Assembly (NCBI GenBank): GCA_958296135.2
Contig: CATQHZ020000001.1
Span: 352,001-416,000 of the forward strand
Source: an uncultured Poribacteria bacterium
GTDB taxonomy: Bacteria > Poribacteria > WGA-4E > WGA-3G
Length of the DNA: 64,000 nucleotides
Direction: 5' to 3'
Shown here: positions 1 to 9,996 of the stretch, piece by piece
How the letters are laid out: the number at the start of each line of letters is the position of its first letter
Position numbering within the stretch: the first letter of the stretch is position 1
Notes under the pieces: generated by a model
Database searches by the model: none
What the model saw: only the letters and a program-made list of their open reading frames with translations
Told to the model about the DNA's origin: nothing
Position numbers and translations under genes: made by a program

Positions 1-881
1 GACGCGCCAAAGTCCATCCAATCGTATCCCGCCTCGCATGCCCACGTGATAATGTAGTGGAAAATCGCGTTGTTTGGACGATATTGCAGAAACGCCGGCA
101 CAGAAGCCTCGCACCACAGCGTTACCGTCCGATTGAAGTGGAGGTAGAGGAGCCCGGCGATAATCGTGCCATCGTAGGTAGCGACTGCCAGTTTCGCAAG
201 GTTACGCTGCATTAAAGCACGCATGAGCGACAGCGGTTTCGGCGTGCCGCCCAATCGTCTCACTGTGTTTAGATACATTTCGTAAAAGACTGCGAGTTCC
301 GCCTCACTCTCTGTATCCGTAACGAGCACCCCCGATTTCTCTGCTTTTCGCACTGCCCCGCGGACGCGTTTATTGTAGGCATGCCAGAGGGAGCCGACAT
401 CTCCGTTCGTCTGTAAAAGATGCGTGAAATGTTCGGTGCGTTCGTAACCCATTTCAGAGAACATGTCGCCGTATGTTGTGCTGTGCTGCGGCGAAAATGT
501 CCACCGCCGCTCACACCAACCATTTTCCGTCGATGCTGTCTCAAGATAAGTTTCTATCGCCGCCATTAATTCAACGCGATTAACCTGCACCGAATCGATA
601 AGATGCATCCCCCCGCATAGGTTCCACGGTAATGAGTGCCACAATTTAATGCCCGGCATCGGTTGAAACACGAACGCCGGCAAACCGCCGATGCCCGTAT
701 CCTGTTCCTTAACCAACAGATACGCGGGCGTGAGTTGTTTGAAGGCACTGTCCAGCGCGTCACGCCACGCAAGGGACTGGAAGGCGGTGCTTCCGCTGCA
801 CTGCAGGATGAGCGTGTCCCATCTGTCGCTATTTTGTGTGGTAAGTGGCTCTAGCGTTATTTGTATTTCCTTACGGCGCAT
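1..881 (-). CDS. GNAT/FemAB-like acetyltransferase, partial (runs off left edge; not in ORF track)
   Basis: Hand translation from ATG 881: MRRKEIQITLEPLTTQNSDRWD...AFQSLAW...YNKRVRGAVRKAEKSGV...LQYRPNNAIFHYIITWACEAGYDWMDFG; FemAB-type motifs. Confidence 0.85.
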   Translation of the reverse strand, partial: MRRKEIQITLEPLTTQNSDRWDTLILQCSGSTAFQSLAWRDALDSAFKQLTPAYLLVKEQDTGIGGLPAFVFQPMPGIKLWHSLPWNLCGGMHLIDSVQVNRVELMAAIETYLETASTENGWCERRWTFSPQHSTTYGDMFSEMGYERTEHFTHLLQTNGDVGSLWHAYNKRVRGAVRKAEKSGVLVTDTESEAELAVFYEMYLNTVRRLGGTPKPLSLMRALMQRNLAKLAVATYDGTIIAGLLYLHFNRTVTLWCEASVPAFLQYRPNNAIFHYIITWACEAGYDWMDFGA

Positions 882-944
882 TGTGGTGTTCCTGACGTGA
901 TGGATTGTTTGGGCAAATCTCGTCAGAGGCCCTTTACGGCACTT

Positions 945-973
945 ATGATACCTAAAAACATGCTTTTTTTCAA
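945..973 (-). promoter_or_regulatory. sigma70-like promoter for the GNAT gene
   Basis: TTGAAA-17-TATCAT on minus strand. Confidence 0.6.
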
Positions 974-1147
974 GTTTTGAATTGCTACTCCCAGAACGAT
1001 TCAATCCGCCCATCTGTCGCTCGGGTCTCCTGCTGCGCAGCCTGATTCCGAACCGCTCAAGAGCTGGCTAGCTGTTCTCCCTACGCGGGCGAGTCCCGGC
1101 GTGGATTTTCACGAGTGCCATCAAAAACGGAAAACTAAATTGTCCTG

Positions 1148-1176
1148 TTGCTATTCCCGCGAAGATATGCTATAAT
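1148..1176 (+). promoter_or_regulatory. sigma70-like promoter
   Basis: TTGCTA-17-TATAAT with extended TG. Confidence 0.7.
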
Positions 1177-1215
1177 ACCCATAAAACCCGTTTTCATCCC
1201 TCGCGAGGTTTCACG

Positions 1216-1860
1216 ATGCATACGAACAACGGATTTTCGGAATTAGCGAAACTGATGTTTAAGAATTCAAGCAACGCCGAAAAACTTAAACGGCTCCTCA
1301 CCTCTCAATATTCAGAAGCAGAGCTGGTGGGTTATCTTCAAAGCGAAAACCCGCTCACGATGCGTGCGGCGGCATCCGCGCTCAAACTCATCGGCAACGA
1401 AGAAGTCGTGCCTGCACTAGTCGACGCACTCAAGGACGATGACCTTGGCACCCGCCTTAGGGCCGAAAGCGCGCTGTGGCACATCTGGTCGCGCTCCGGT
1501 GACGCTTCTATCGATAAAATGCTCGACGAAGGCAAATCCCTCCTGAAAAACGAGGCGTATGAAAAGGCCGTTGAACGTTTCACTGAGGTGATTGAGGCCG
1601 CCCCGGAGTTCGCTGAAGGCTACAACCAGCGCGCCATCGCCTACTTTCTCATAGAAGAATGGAGCCAATCCATCCGAGACTGTAAGCGCGCCGTCGCGCG
1701 CAACCCGAACCACTTCGGCGCGTTCGCCGGGATGGGACACGGCTACGTCAGGCTCGGAAGAATTGAAGAGGCAATTGACGCATACAAAAAGGCGTTGATT
1801 ATTAACCCGAACCTTATCTCCATCGCTGAGGCAATTTTACGGCTCCGGGAAGATGACTAA
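1216..1860 (+). CDS. HEAT-repeat plus TPR-repeat protein
   Basis: HEAT-like RAAASALKLIG..VPALVDALKD; TPR motifs PEFAEGYNQRAIAYF, PNHFGAFAGMG. Confidence 0.9.
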   Translation: MHTNNGFSELAKLMFKNSSNAEKLKRLLTSQYSEAELVGYLQSENPLTMRAAASALKLIGNEEVVPALVDALKDDDLGTRLRAESALWHIWSRSGDASIDKMLDEGKSLLKNEAYEKAVERFTEVIEAAPEFAEGYNQRAIAYFLIEEWSQSIRDCKRAVARNPNHFGAFAGMGHGYVRLGRIEEAIDAYKKALIINPNLISIAEAILRLREDD

Positions 1861-2633
1861 TGCTTGGTTTCCGCCGCTACTCCCTCGCGCTCACGGTGCT
1901 TCTCGCTAGTTTCTTGTCGTGGATAATATATCTCTTGCTAACGCGCGCGAAATTGGGTTCGCCTGCGGAATGTTTTGCCTTCGCGCAAGTGTGCGTTGTG
2001 CTTCTGGCGGCACCTTATCTCGCCGCCTGCGCGAGCCGTACTAAAGTGGTAACGGGCTCAGGCAAACCCATTCTACTAACACTCAGCCCCATCTCAGCAG
2101 GGAACCTTCTCTTAACGCAGCTCGTCACAAGTCAGATGCCGCTCTTGTGCTGGGCGTTTTTATCAACAAGTCTCCTTTTCTTCGTAACGGAGCTGCCGTT
2201 AGTGAAGGCGTTACAGCTGCTCGCCGTGCTCGGGATTTACAGTTTTTCGGCGGGGGCTGTCGGGATGTGGGGTGCGAAGGTTTTTCGGGACACCTTCTTC
2301 GGCGCAGAATTCGCCTATCTCCTATGGGGCGCAACCATTGGCAGTATGTTTTTACTGATACCTTTAGAACGTTATATGGGCAACGTTCAACCGATAATTC
2401 CGCTGGTTCTCCACGCGAATCCGCTGATTGCCGTGTGCGCGATTTTGGGGGAGACAGACATCTTCAGGACCCCGGTGCTCTACGAGTTAACGCCGATTCC
2501 ATCATATCTTTTCGCCTATCCGCCATGGTATCTCGTGTGTTTCTGGCAGGTATTAATCGGGGGAATCTGTCTATTTGGAATTACAAAAAATTCACCAAAA
2601 CTGGCAAGAAAAGACAACGTCTTTTCGGCCTGA
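1860..2633 (+). CDS. multi-pass membrane protein (ABC-2 permease-like?)
   Basis: About 6-7 hydrophobic segments; overlaps the upstream stop (TAATG). Confidence 0.7.
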   Translation: MLGFRRYSLALTVLLASFLSWIIYLLLTRAKLGSPAECFAFAQVCVVLLAAPYLAACASRTKVVTGSGKPILLTLSPISAGNLLLTQLVTSQMPLLCWAFLSTSLLFFVTELPLVKALQLLAVLGIYSFSAGAVGMWGAKVFRDTFFGAEFAYLLWGATIGSMFLLIPLERYMGNVQPIIPLVLHANPLIAVCAILGETDIFRTPVLYELTPIPSYLFAYPPWYLVCFWQVLIGGICLFGITKNSPKLARKDNVFSA

Positions 2634-2691
2634 GAAGACAACCTTTCACATCACAACAGCAGCCAAACAACCGAAAGGAAATACAAAAAAC

Positions 2692-4119
2692 ATGGCTAGG
2701 ACAGAACAACCTATCATTAGCATTTCGGGTATCCGCGGCAAAGTCGGCGTTTCGTTGGATGCGCAGCTCATCACACAGTTTGCGACAGCTTTCGGCACGT
2801 TTGTGGGCGGCAGAACGGTAGTTATCGGCAGAGATTCTCGGACGTCTAGTCCGATGCTCCGGCACGCGGTGCTTGCCGGGCTTTTCGCCACCGGGTGTCG
2901 CGTGATTGACGTTGGGCTCTGTCCGACACCCACCATTCTGCTGATGGCGAAGGCACTTGACGCGCAAGGGTGCGTTACCATCACCGCCAGTCACAACCCC
3001 GTAGAGTGGAACGGTATTGAGTTTGCATCGGCATCCGGAAGGCTTTTAACGCAGGCGGAACGCGACGCATTCGCGCGCATCTATGAATCCGAAGATTTCG
3101 CGCTCGCACCATGGAACGAACAAGGACGGCTAGAAACGTGCAGCGATGCCACGGCGTATCATCTCACGAAGATTTTGAGTTCTCCTTGGATTGAACAAGA
3201 TTTCATCCGAAAAGCGAACCTCAAGGTGGTGCTGGATTGCGGCAACGGCGCAGGAAGCGTTATTAGCCCGACGCTCTTGCGAGAGCTCGGCTGTCGGGTT
3301 GTCGAACTCAACTGTGTTCCTGATGGACACTTCCGTCGGCCTGCTGAACCCACGCCTGATGCGATAGGTGAACTCTGTGAAACGGTGCGCGCCACCCACG
3401 CCGATATCGGGTTTGCGCACGATGGCGATGCCGACAGGCTCGTCATTGTAACGGAACGCGGGGTGCCGCTGAGCGGCGAATGGACGCTCGCGCTCATCAC
3501 CGATTTTATCCTCAACCAGACGAACGGAGATGTCGTCGCAACGGTATCCACAAGTCGGATGTTAGATGATGTCGCCGCGCAACACGGCGTTATGCTCCAT
3601 CGCACGAAAGTCGGTGTCGGCTGGGTGGTGGAGAAAATGCACGAGGTGAACGCGGTTATCGGCGGCGAAGGCACCGGCGGCGTTATTTATCCCAACATCC
3701 ACCACACCACCGATGGCATTGCCTCGATTGCGGCGATTGTGCAACGTCTGGCTGAAGCGCGCTTGAAAAGCGCGTCTACCGGCGATGTGGATGGCACGGT
3801 GACAGCACTGATGGAAAGCCTGCCGCACTATGAGATGTGCAGGAAGAAACTGGAGATACCTTCGCAAGAAATCGCAACGCAGGTAATTGCGCGCGCCGAA
3901 GAAATGTATGCCGGTAGGCAAGCCCTACAGCACTTGAAACTTGACTTGACAGACGGCATCAAACGCATCTGGGACGACAGATGGGTGAACATCCGCAAAT
4001 CGGGAACCGAGCCTGTCATTCGGGTGTTCAGCGAAGCACCTACAGCTGCAGCAGCGGCGGCTCTGTGTGACGAGACGCTTGAGACACTGAAAATGTTAAT
4101 GAAACAAATCCGCCGTTAA
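2692..4119 (+). CDS. glmM: alpha-D-phosphohexomutase (phosphoglucosamine/phosphomannomutase)
   Basis: SGIRG, GRDSR, ITASHNP, DGDADR, GGEGTGG, RKSGTEP motifs; ATG 2692 after AAAGGA. Confidence 0.85.
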   Translation: MARTEQPIISISGIRGKVGVSLDAQLITQFATAFGTFVGGRTVVIGRDSRTSSPMLRHAVLAGLFATGCRVIDVGLCPTPTILLMAKALDAQGCVTITASHNPVEWNGIEFASASGRLLTQAERDAFARIYESEDFALAPWNEQGRLETCSDATAYHLTKILSSPWIEQDFIRKANLKVVLDCGNGAGSVISPTLLRELGCRVVELNCVPDGHFRRPAEPTPDAIGELCETVRATHADIGFAHDGDADRLVIVTERGVPLSGEWTLALITDFILNQTNGDVVATVSTSRMLDDVAAQHGVMLHRTKVGVGWVVEKMHEVNAVIGGEGTGGVIYPNIHHTTDGIASIAAIVQRLAEARLKSASTGDVDGTVTALMESLPHYEMCRKKLEIPSQEIATQVIARAEEMYAGRQALQHLKLDLTDGIKRIWDDRWVNIRKSGTEPVIRVFSEAPTAAAAAALCDETLETLKMLMKQIRR

Positions 4120-4255
4120 CTGCGTTATTTATCACGTGATATGATTGACGCAAAATTGGATTTTGCGGGGAAGCGCGCTTTGATGAAGTTTTCGTATGAA
4201 ATCGGACAATTTTTCCGGTGGGCATGCAGCAACTGTACGCCTGTCGTGCCGAATT

Positions 4256-4359
4256 GTAACGGCGGATTTCTATATCCGCCCATCGGTTGGAATTACCCGT
4301 TTATTTTTTAATCTTCATCAAGCGCGCCCGGTGCTGGCGCGGTTCAAAACCGCGCCTAC
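4256..4359. repeat. composite REP cluster (GGCGGATTTCTATATCCGCC hairpin + linker + GGCGCGG..CCGCGCCTAC hairpin)
   Basis: Same module recurs at 37869-37953 and 41568-41651. Confidence 0.75.
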
Positions 4360-4388
4360 CGGATAAGCAAAACGAATAGGAGCGAATT

Positions 4389-5618
4389 ATGGAAGCCTTG
4401 AAACTCGCCTGTATCGGCGGCGGAAGTGGACTGTCGGCACTGCTCAGCGGCATCAAGCACCACGCAGACACACACCTCGGAGACGATAACATCATTGATT
4501 TGGATAACCTGGCCGCAATCGTTACCGTATCTGACGATGGCGGGAGCTCCGGACGCCTCGTCGAAGAGTTTGACGTGCTTCCCCCCGGCGACATTCGCAG
4601 ACTGCTGTTTACGTTATCCGATGCAGATGAACTCGCCGGACTGTTTGAATACCGATTCTCAAGCAACGGCGAACTCGGGGGGCATACCATCGGCAATATC
4701 CTCCTCACGGCATTGACTGAATTGAAGGGCAATTTTCCAAAGGCCATCCAAGCCGCATCCCGGCTCCTCGCTGTGCGCGGCAGGATTATCCCGGTGACGT
4801 TAGACTACACCGTGCTTTGTGCGGAACTCGCCGACGGTGAGATTGTCCGCGGCGAATCGACTATCCCCAAACGGGAGAATCGCGAACCTATCAAGCGCGT
4901 CTTTTTTGAGCGGCGCGAGAACGGGAAGACGCACCATCCCCCTGGCGAAACCTACGAATGCCAAGCACACGAAGAGGCGATAGAGGCACTGCTAAACGCC
5001 GATGTCATTATCATCGGACCGGGAAGTCTCTACACCAGCATCATGCCCAATCTCGTGATTAAAGGCATCGTTGATGCCATCCAACGTTCCAACGCCATGA
5101 AAATCTACGTCTGCAATGTGATGACGCAGCCGGGTGAAACCGATGGCTACGCTGTGACAGACCACGTTAACGCCGTCCTCGGCCACGCAAAAATCGCGTT
5201 GCAATACGTCTTGGTAAATAATCAACCCGCGCCGAATGAGGTAATTCAGGAATATGTGCGGCAGGAACTGCTCGCGCAGTTAACCCGCATCCGGTCGCTC
5301 TCCGAAGAGGGGCTCTCCATGCTTTACGAAAACAAAGCACACCCGATGGACGTGATGAATCTCGCCAAGCACATTTCACTGCTGTCATCTGAGACGATGC
5401 TGGTGGCCGATGCCTCGAAAGTGCAGGTATCCTACAATCCTGAACGCGAAAACCTTGAGGCAGAGGGGATGACTGTCGTTGAGGCAGACCTGATTCGCGA
5501 CATGGTGGTGACAGAAGGCGGCGTTGAAATGAACGTCATCCGCCACGCACCGGAGAAACTCGTCCGCAGCCTCGTTAAAATTATGCGCAATCATGAGAAG
5601 TTAAATGAATCAATCTAA
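4389..5618 (+). CDS. yvcK: YvcK/CofD-family gluconeogenesis factor (UDP-GlcNAc-binding)
   Basis: GGGSGLS, VSDDGGSSG, PPGDIR, GHTIGN, GPGSLYTS, NVMTQPGET, IRH. Confidence 0.92.
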   Translation: MEALKLACIGGGSGLSALLSGIKHHADTHLGDDNIIDLDNLAAIVTVSDDGGSSGRLVEEFDVLPPGDIRRLLFTLSDADELAGLFEYRFSSNGELGGHTIGNILLTALTELKGNFPKAIQAASRLLAVRGRIIPVTLDYTVLCAELADGEIVRGESTIPKRENREPIKRVFFERRENGKTHHPPGETYECQAHEEAIEALLNADVIIIGPGSLYTSIMPNLVIKGIVDAIQRSNAMKIYVCNVMTQPGETDGYAVTDHVNAVLGHAKIALQYVLVNNQPAPNEVIQEYVRQELLAQLTRIRSLSEEGLSMLYENKAHPMDVMNLAKHISLLSSETMLVADASKVQVSYNPERENLEAEGMTVVEADLIRDMVVTEGGVEMNVIRHAPEKLVRSLVKIMRNHEKLNESI

Positions 5619-5852
5619 AAAAAACGAGGTACATTGTCGCTCCCGCTTCGCAGGCGGAGGCACCGGACAATGAACCTCGTGTTTATGGGTGCTGCGGAAA
5701 GTCGATACCCGCAGTCGTCAGTTGATGTGACATACGTATCCGCCTTCTCATCAAAAGCATCGGATATGCAAGTCTTGACAATGTCAAGACGGCCTGATAA
5801 GACAACATTCTCTGCTCAGGAGTAGCTGAAGAACGCATTGCGAAATACAGAA

Positions 5853-6044
5853 TTAACCGCGTGGCAACTTGGAAGCAGAGATACCTTGGGAAGCAATGTG
5901 AGAAGCGAATCTGTCACAAATCTGTGACACATCATCGATAAAAGCCTCCCAACGGAACTCGTCCTGCTGTGCTTTCGCTATCGCAAGATACAGAGCCAAT
6001 TCGTAGAAACTGGAATGGTTCGTCGACGTATCCTTGGAATGCAT
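5853..6044 (-). CDS. small hypothetical protein, 63 aa
   Basis: Strong SD AAGGAGGT 6 nt before ATG; divergent from the RM operon. Confidence 0.6.
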   Translation of the reverse strand: MHSKDTSTNHSSFYELALYLAIAKAQQDEFRWEAFIDDVSQICDRFASHIASQGISASKLPRG

Positions 6045-6163
6045 GGGATTACCTCCTTCTGATTAACATATTTTACGATATAGGATAAAACGGATGCATT
6101 GCAGAGACGGTTACAACTTTTTTATCAAGTTTCAGTTGATTTTCTTAATTCTCATCTTAAAAG

Positions 6164-6192
6164 TTGACATTTCCCCGTAATTTTTGTATCAT
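6164..6192 (+). promoter_or_regulatory. sigma70 promoter of the RM operon, probably leaderless
   Basis: TTGACA-17-TATCAT; ATG at 6199 only 6 nt after the -10; no SD. Confidence 0.75.
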
Positions 6193-6198
6193 ATCCCC

Positions 6199-7500
6199 AT
6201 GGAAAACAGAGACAACGTTACCAAAATTATCAACGACTTCGGCGAAAGCATTGTCCAAGTGACAGGCGACATTCCGGTCAACTTGCCTGCGAAGGCTGGA
6301 AACCGGTTTTTGTTCATCAGCCACGATCAGCGGTTTCTCACGCACGCCTTGCATAAGTACCCCGCTAAGTTCTTCCCCGAATTGCCGCGCTGGCTCATCA
6401 AGCGGTATTCGGAGGAAAACGAACGCGTCCTCGATCCGTTTTCGGGCAGCGGAACAACCAACGTCGAGGCACTGCTAGCGCGTCGGCATTCTGTCGGCAT
6501 CGATGTCGATCCGTTCTGCCGTTTCATCGCAAAGGTGAAGGTAACGCCGCTCCCAGAAAAGGCATTGCGGGCCGCGCGAAAATCGCTGTTGGATGCCGTC
6601 CTAAGTTACCGCTCCTCCCTCGTCGGTGAAGCAGATCTGCCGGATTTTCCCTACCGTGACAACTGGTTCAATAAGGAAATTCTCTGGGAGATGTCCTATC
6701 TGAAAAAGGCGGTAGCTTCGCTTGATGCCAGCGAAGCGGTGAAGGATTTCTTCCGCGTCTGTTTCTCGTCGATTATCCGAACTGTCTCCAATGCCGATGA
6801 CAACTGCACCCGCACCGTCATCCGGAAGAAACTGAACAAACAGGTCCGGCCCGGCGACGCGCTGAACCGATTCGCGAAAACGGTGCTTGACAAGGTGCCG
6901 AAGATGGTGGCGTTCTCTCAAACCTATCCGCACGGGGTAACTACCGATTTTCCGGCGGATATGGACGCGCTGAATATCCGTTACGAGGAGAATTCCTTTG
7001 AACTCGCGTTGACTTCGCCGCCGTATGTCAACGCCGTTGACTATCCACGCACGCACCAATTGGAGATGTATTGGCTCGGCTTCGCACGCGAATTCTTAAC
7101 CGATTTAAAGAAGCGTAACGTTGGGACAGAAAGTGTCTCGGCTCGCGATTACAAAATGCTGCACGAAACCGGGGTGCCGGAAGCGGATAGCGTTATCGCA
7201 AGCATCTTTGAAGATGACCCGAGGCGTGCGTTCATCGCCTTCAAATACCTTGACGACATGCGGCAGAACCTCGCCGAAGTCTACAAAGTTTTGCGCCCGG
7301 GCGGCAGATACGTCATCGTCGTCGGGAACAATCGCATCCGTGGAAGGCTGTTTGAGAGTTGGAAATATCTCATGCCCATGGCTGAAGCCATCGGGTTTGA
7401 AGTTGAAACTTACTTCGGCTCGGAGATTATTAAGCACTTTATCAAGGTGCCGCGAAGTGAACGTATTAACACCGACTGGATCCTCGTCCTGATAAAATAA
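6199..7500 (+). CDS. site-specific amino-DNA methyltransferase, probably N4-cytosine (alpha order)
   Basis: HKYPAKF, motif I DPFSGSGTT, then motif IV LTSPPY. Confidence 0.92.
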   Translation: MENRDNVTKIINDFGESIVQVTGDIPVNLPAKAGNRFLFISHDQRFLTHALHKYPAKFFPELPRWLIKRYSEENERVLDPFSGSGTTNVEALLARRHSVGIDVDPFCRFIAKVKVTPLPEKALRAARKSLLDAVLSYRSSLVGEADLPDFPYRDNWFNKEILWEMSYLKKAVASLDASEAVKDFFRVCFSSIIRTVSNADDNCTRTVIRKKLNKQVRPGDALNRFAKTVLDKVPKMVAFSQTYPHGVTTDFPADMDALNIRYEENSFELALTSPPYVNAVDYPRTHQLEMYWLGFAREFLTDLKKRNVGTESVSARDYKMLHETGVPEADSVIASIFEDDPRRAFIAFKYLDDMRQNLAEVYKVLRPGGRYVIVVGNNRIRGRLFESWKYLMPMAEAIGFEVETYFGSEIIKHFIKVPRSERINTDWILVLIK

Positions 7501-7518
7501 GCGTTCGGAGGCAGGAAC

Positions 7519-8046
7519 ATGGCAAACACCGAAGAGAGGGGGAGACAAGCATCTGTAGATGGTTTTGCTCACGAGCATATCGTTGCTGGGATTTTAATGA
7601 AAAGATACCAGAACGTTTCGTTGGTGGACTTACCCCTATCGCCCTATGACATCATCATCGTCCTTCAAGATGCAGAGGGACGTGAGGAGATCATTCGGGC
7701 GCAAGTCAAAACCGCTAGGCAATCTGTCACTTTCACTGGGGGCTCAAGAGGCGGGGTTGATAGAGCCTATAAATCGGGCGTTAAAGCATATACGCAATCC
7801 ACGGTAACTTCAGATGTTGTCATCGGGATTCATCCGATAAGCGATAACGCGTATGAGCTCTATTTTGTTCCGACGGTGCTCATTGAACGTCTGGATCAGA
7901 AGAGCATCTCTATCAACAAGATAAGGGATTTGAAGGAAAATTACGTCATTCTGGAAAACTGCAAGAATGAAGAGTTAATCGTCCAAAAGTGCAAAGAATA
8001 CGGAATCCTTCAAAATTCCATCGTTCAAGGAAGTTTCATAAGTTAG
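7519..8046 (+). CDS. PD-(D/E)xK-family nuclease, probable type II restriction endonuclease
   Basis: GFAHEH...PYDII...RAQVKT catalytic pattern; directly downstream of the MTase. Confidence 0.75.
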   Translation: MANTEERGRQASVDGFAHEHIVAGILMKRYQNVSLVDLPLSPYDIIIVLQDAEGREEIIRAQVKTARQSVTFTGGSRGGVDRAYKSGVKAYTQSTVTSDVVIGIHPISDNAYELYFVPTVLIERLDQKSISINKIRDLKENYVILENCKNEELIVQKCKEYGILQNSIVQGSFIS

Positions 8047-8193
8047 TTTGCCTAGCAACGGACGCGCGGGAGCCCATCCAACGCCGGACACCAATCTACG
8101 CGAAAAGGTCTTTGGAAAACTTCGCTCATTGGGGCAATCGGGGCACGGCGAGGGACAGGCCATCGCCCTACGGGCCACGGGATAGCATATTTC

Positions 8194-8223
8194 TTGACTT
8201 GCAATGCATTTTCGTGGTATAAT
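8194..8223 (+). promoter_or_regulatory. sigma70 promoter of glnS-gltX
   Basis: TTGACT-18-TATAAT with TG. Confidence 0.7.
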
Positions 8224-8259
8224 ATCGCGCGTAAACCTTTTTTATCACGGAGACTTGTT

Positions 8260-9996
8260 ATGAAAAATTCGGACGCTGCTCCAAAACATAACACCGAAAA
8301 CGGGGACAAACCGGCCGCCAAAGCCAATCTCGACTTCATCCGCCAAGAAGTTGAGAAGGACCTGGGGGCAAACGCCTATGGTGGGAAGGTGCATACCCGA
8401 TTCCCGCCGGAACCGAGCGGCTACCTCCACATCGGGCACGCCAAAGCCATCTGTATTAACTTCCTGATCGCCGAAGACTACGGCGGACTTTACAACCTCC
8501 GCTTCGACGACAGCAATCCCATCACGGAAGAACACGAGTATGTGGAGGCGATTAAGCGCGATGTCCGCTGGCTCGGTTTTGACTGGGAAGAACGCGAATA
8601 CTACGCCTCCGATTACTTTGAGACGCTCTATGGCTACGCTATTAAACTCATCGAAAAGGGAAAGGCGTATGTCTGCGATTTGACACCCGACGAGATGCGC
8701 GGCTATCGCGGCACCCTGGTCAAACCCGGTAAAGAGAGTCCCCACCGAAACCGTTCTGTTGAGGAGAATCTGGCGTTATTCAGAGGCATGCGCGCCGGAG
8801 AATTTCCAGACGGGGCGCGCACCCTTCGCGCCAAAATTGATATGGCGAGCCCCAATTTCAACATGCGCGACCCGGTGATGTATCGCGTACTCCGCGCGCC
8901 GCATTACCGATACGGCACCCAGTGGTGCATCTATCCCACCTACGATTTCACGCACGGACAATCGGATTCCATCGAGGGCATCACGCATTCGCTATGCGAC
9001 GTGCAATTTGAAGACCATCGTCCCCTTTACGACTGGTTTTTAGAGGCATTGGAGATTTACCAGCCTCGGCAGATAGAATTTGCTCGCCTGAATCTGACGC
9101 ACACGGTATTGGGCAAACGGAAATTGAGGGTGCTTGTGCAGGAGGGGCACGTCAACGGCTGGGATGATCCGCGCCTGCCGACGCTCGCCGGGATGCGCCG
9201 TCGGGGTTATACCCCGGAGGCGATTCGCGATTTCTGCAACCGCATCGGCGTTTCAAAGGCGGACAATCTCATTGAGATGAGTCAGTTGGAGTATTCCATC
9301 AGGAACGATTTGAATCAGCGAGCACCGCGCGTCATGGCAGTGCTGAACCCAGTCAAAGTGGTTATTGACAACTATCCGGAGGGACAGGTAGAATGGCTGG
9401 CGGCTGAAAACAACCCGGAAGATGAGCACGCTGGCACGCGGCAAATCCCGTTTTCGCGCGAACTTTACATTGAACGCGAAGATTTTATGGAAGACCCGCC
9501 TCGGAAATTCTTCCGATTGGCCCCCGGACGCGAGGTGCGCCTCAAGCATGCCTACTACCTCACATGCGAAAGCATCGTGAAAGACCCGGGCACCGGCGAC
9601 ATCGTTGAAATCCACTGCACTTATGACCCGGGCACACGAGGCGGCTGGTCTGCCGATGGCCGCAGGGTGCGCGGCACCTTGCACTGGGTATCCGCCGTGC
9701 ACGCTGTTGATGCCGAAACGCGCCTCTATGAGTCACTTTTCACGGAACGTGAACCGGAGAACGCCGCCGACGGCACCAACTGGACGAAATTCATCAATCC
9801 CAACTCCTTGGAAGTTTTAACCGGGTGCAAGGTTGAACCGAGCCTCGTCGGCGTGTCGCACGGAACGCGGTATCAGTTCCTCCGGATAGGCTATTTCTGC
9901 GTAGATCCGGATACAACAGTGGATAAGTTGGTATTCAACCGCACCGTCCCGCTGCGAGATAGCTGGGCGAAAATTCAGCGAGGACAGAAGAAATGA
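8260..9996 (+). CDS. glnS: glutamine--tRNA ligase
   Basis: [54 protein letters not shown]. Confidence 0.97.
   Translation: MKNSDAAPKHNTENGDKPAAKANLDFIRQEVEKDLGANAYGGKVHTRFPPEPSGYLHIGHAKAICINFLIAEDYGGLYNLRFDDSNPITEEHEYVEAIKRDVRWLGFDWEEREYYASDYFETLYGYAIKLIEKGKAYVCDLTPDEMRGYRGTLVKPGKESPHRNRSVEENLALFRGMRAGEFPDGARTLRAKIDMASPNFNMRDPVMYRVLRAPHYRYGTQWCIYPTYDFTHGQSDSIEGITHSLCDVQFEDHRPLYDWFLEALEIYQPRQIEFARLNLTHTVLGKRKLRVLVQEGHVNGWDDPRLPTLAGMRRRGYTPEAIRDFCNRIGVSKADNLIEMSQLEYSIRNDLNQRAPRVMAVLNPVKVVIDNYPEGQVEWLAAENNPEDEHAGTRQIPFSRELYIEREDFMEDPPRKFFRLAPGREVRLKHAYYLTCESIVKDPGTGDIVEIHCTYDPGTRGGWSADGRRVRGTLHWVSAVHAVDAETRLYESLFTEREPENAADGTNWTKFINPNSLEVLTGCKVEPSLVGVSHGTRYQFLRIGYFCVDPDTTVDKLVFNRTVPLRDSWAKIQRGQKK

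Noticed and set aside
983-1122. FMN, cobalamin or yybP riboswitch, SRP RNA or tmRNA
   Set aside because: Only short resemblances (GTGAAAATCC, GGGAGTAGC); the required conserved cores are absent and it lies upstream of both promoters
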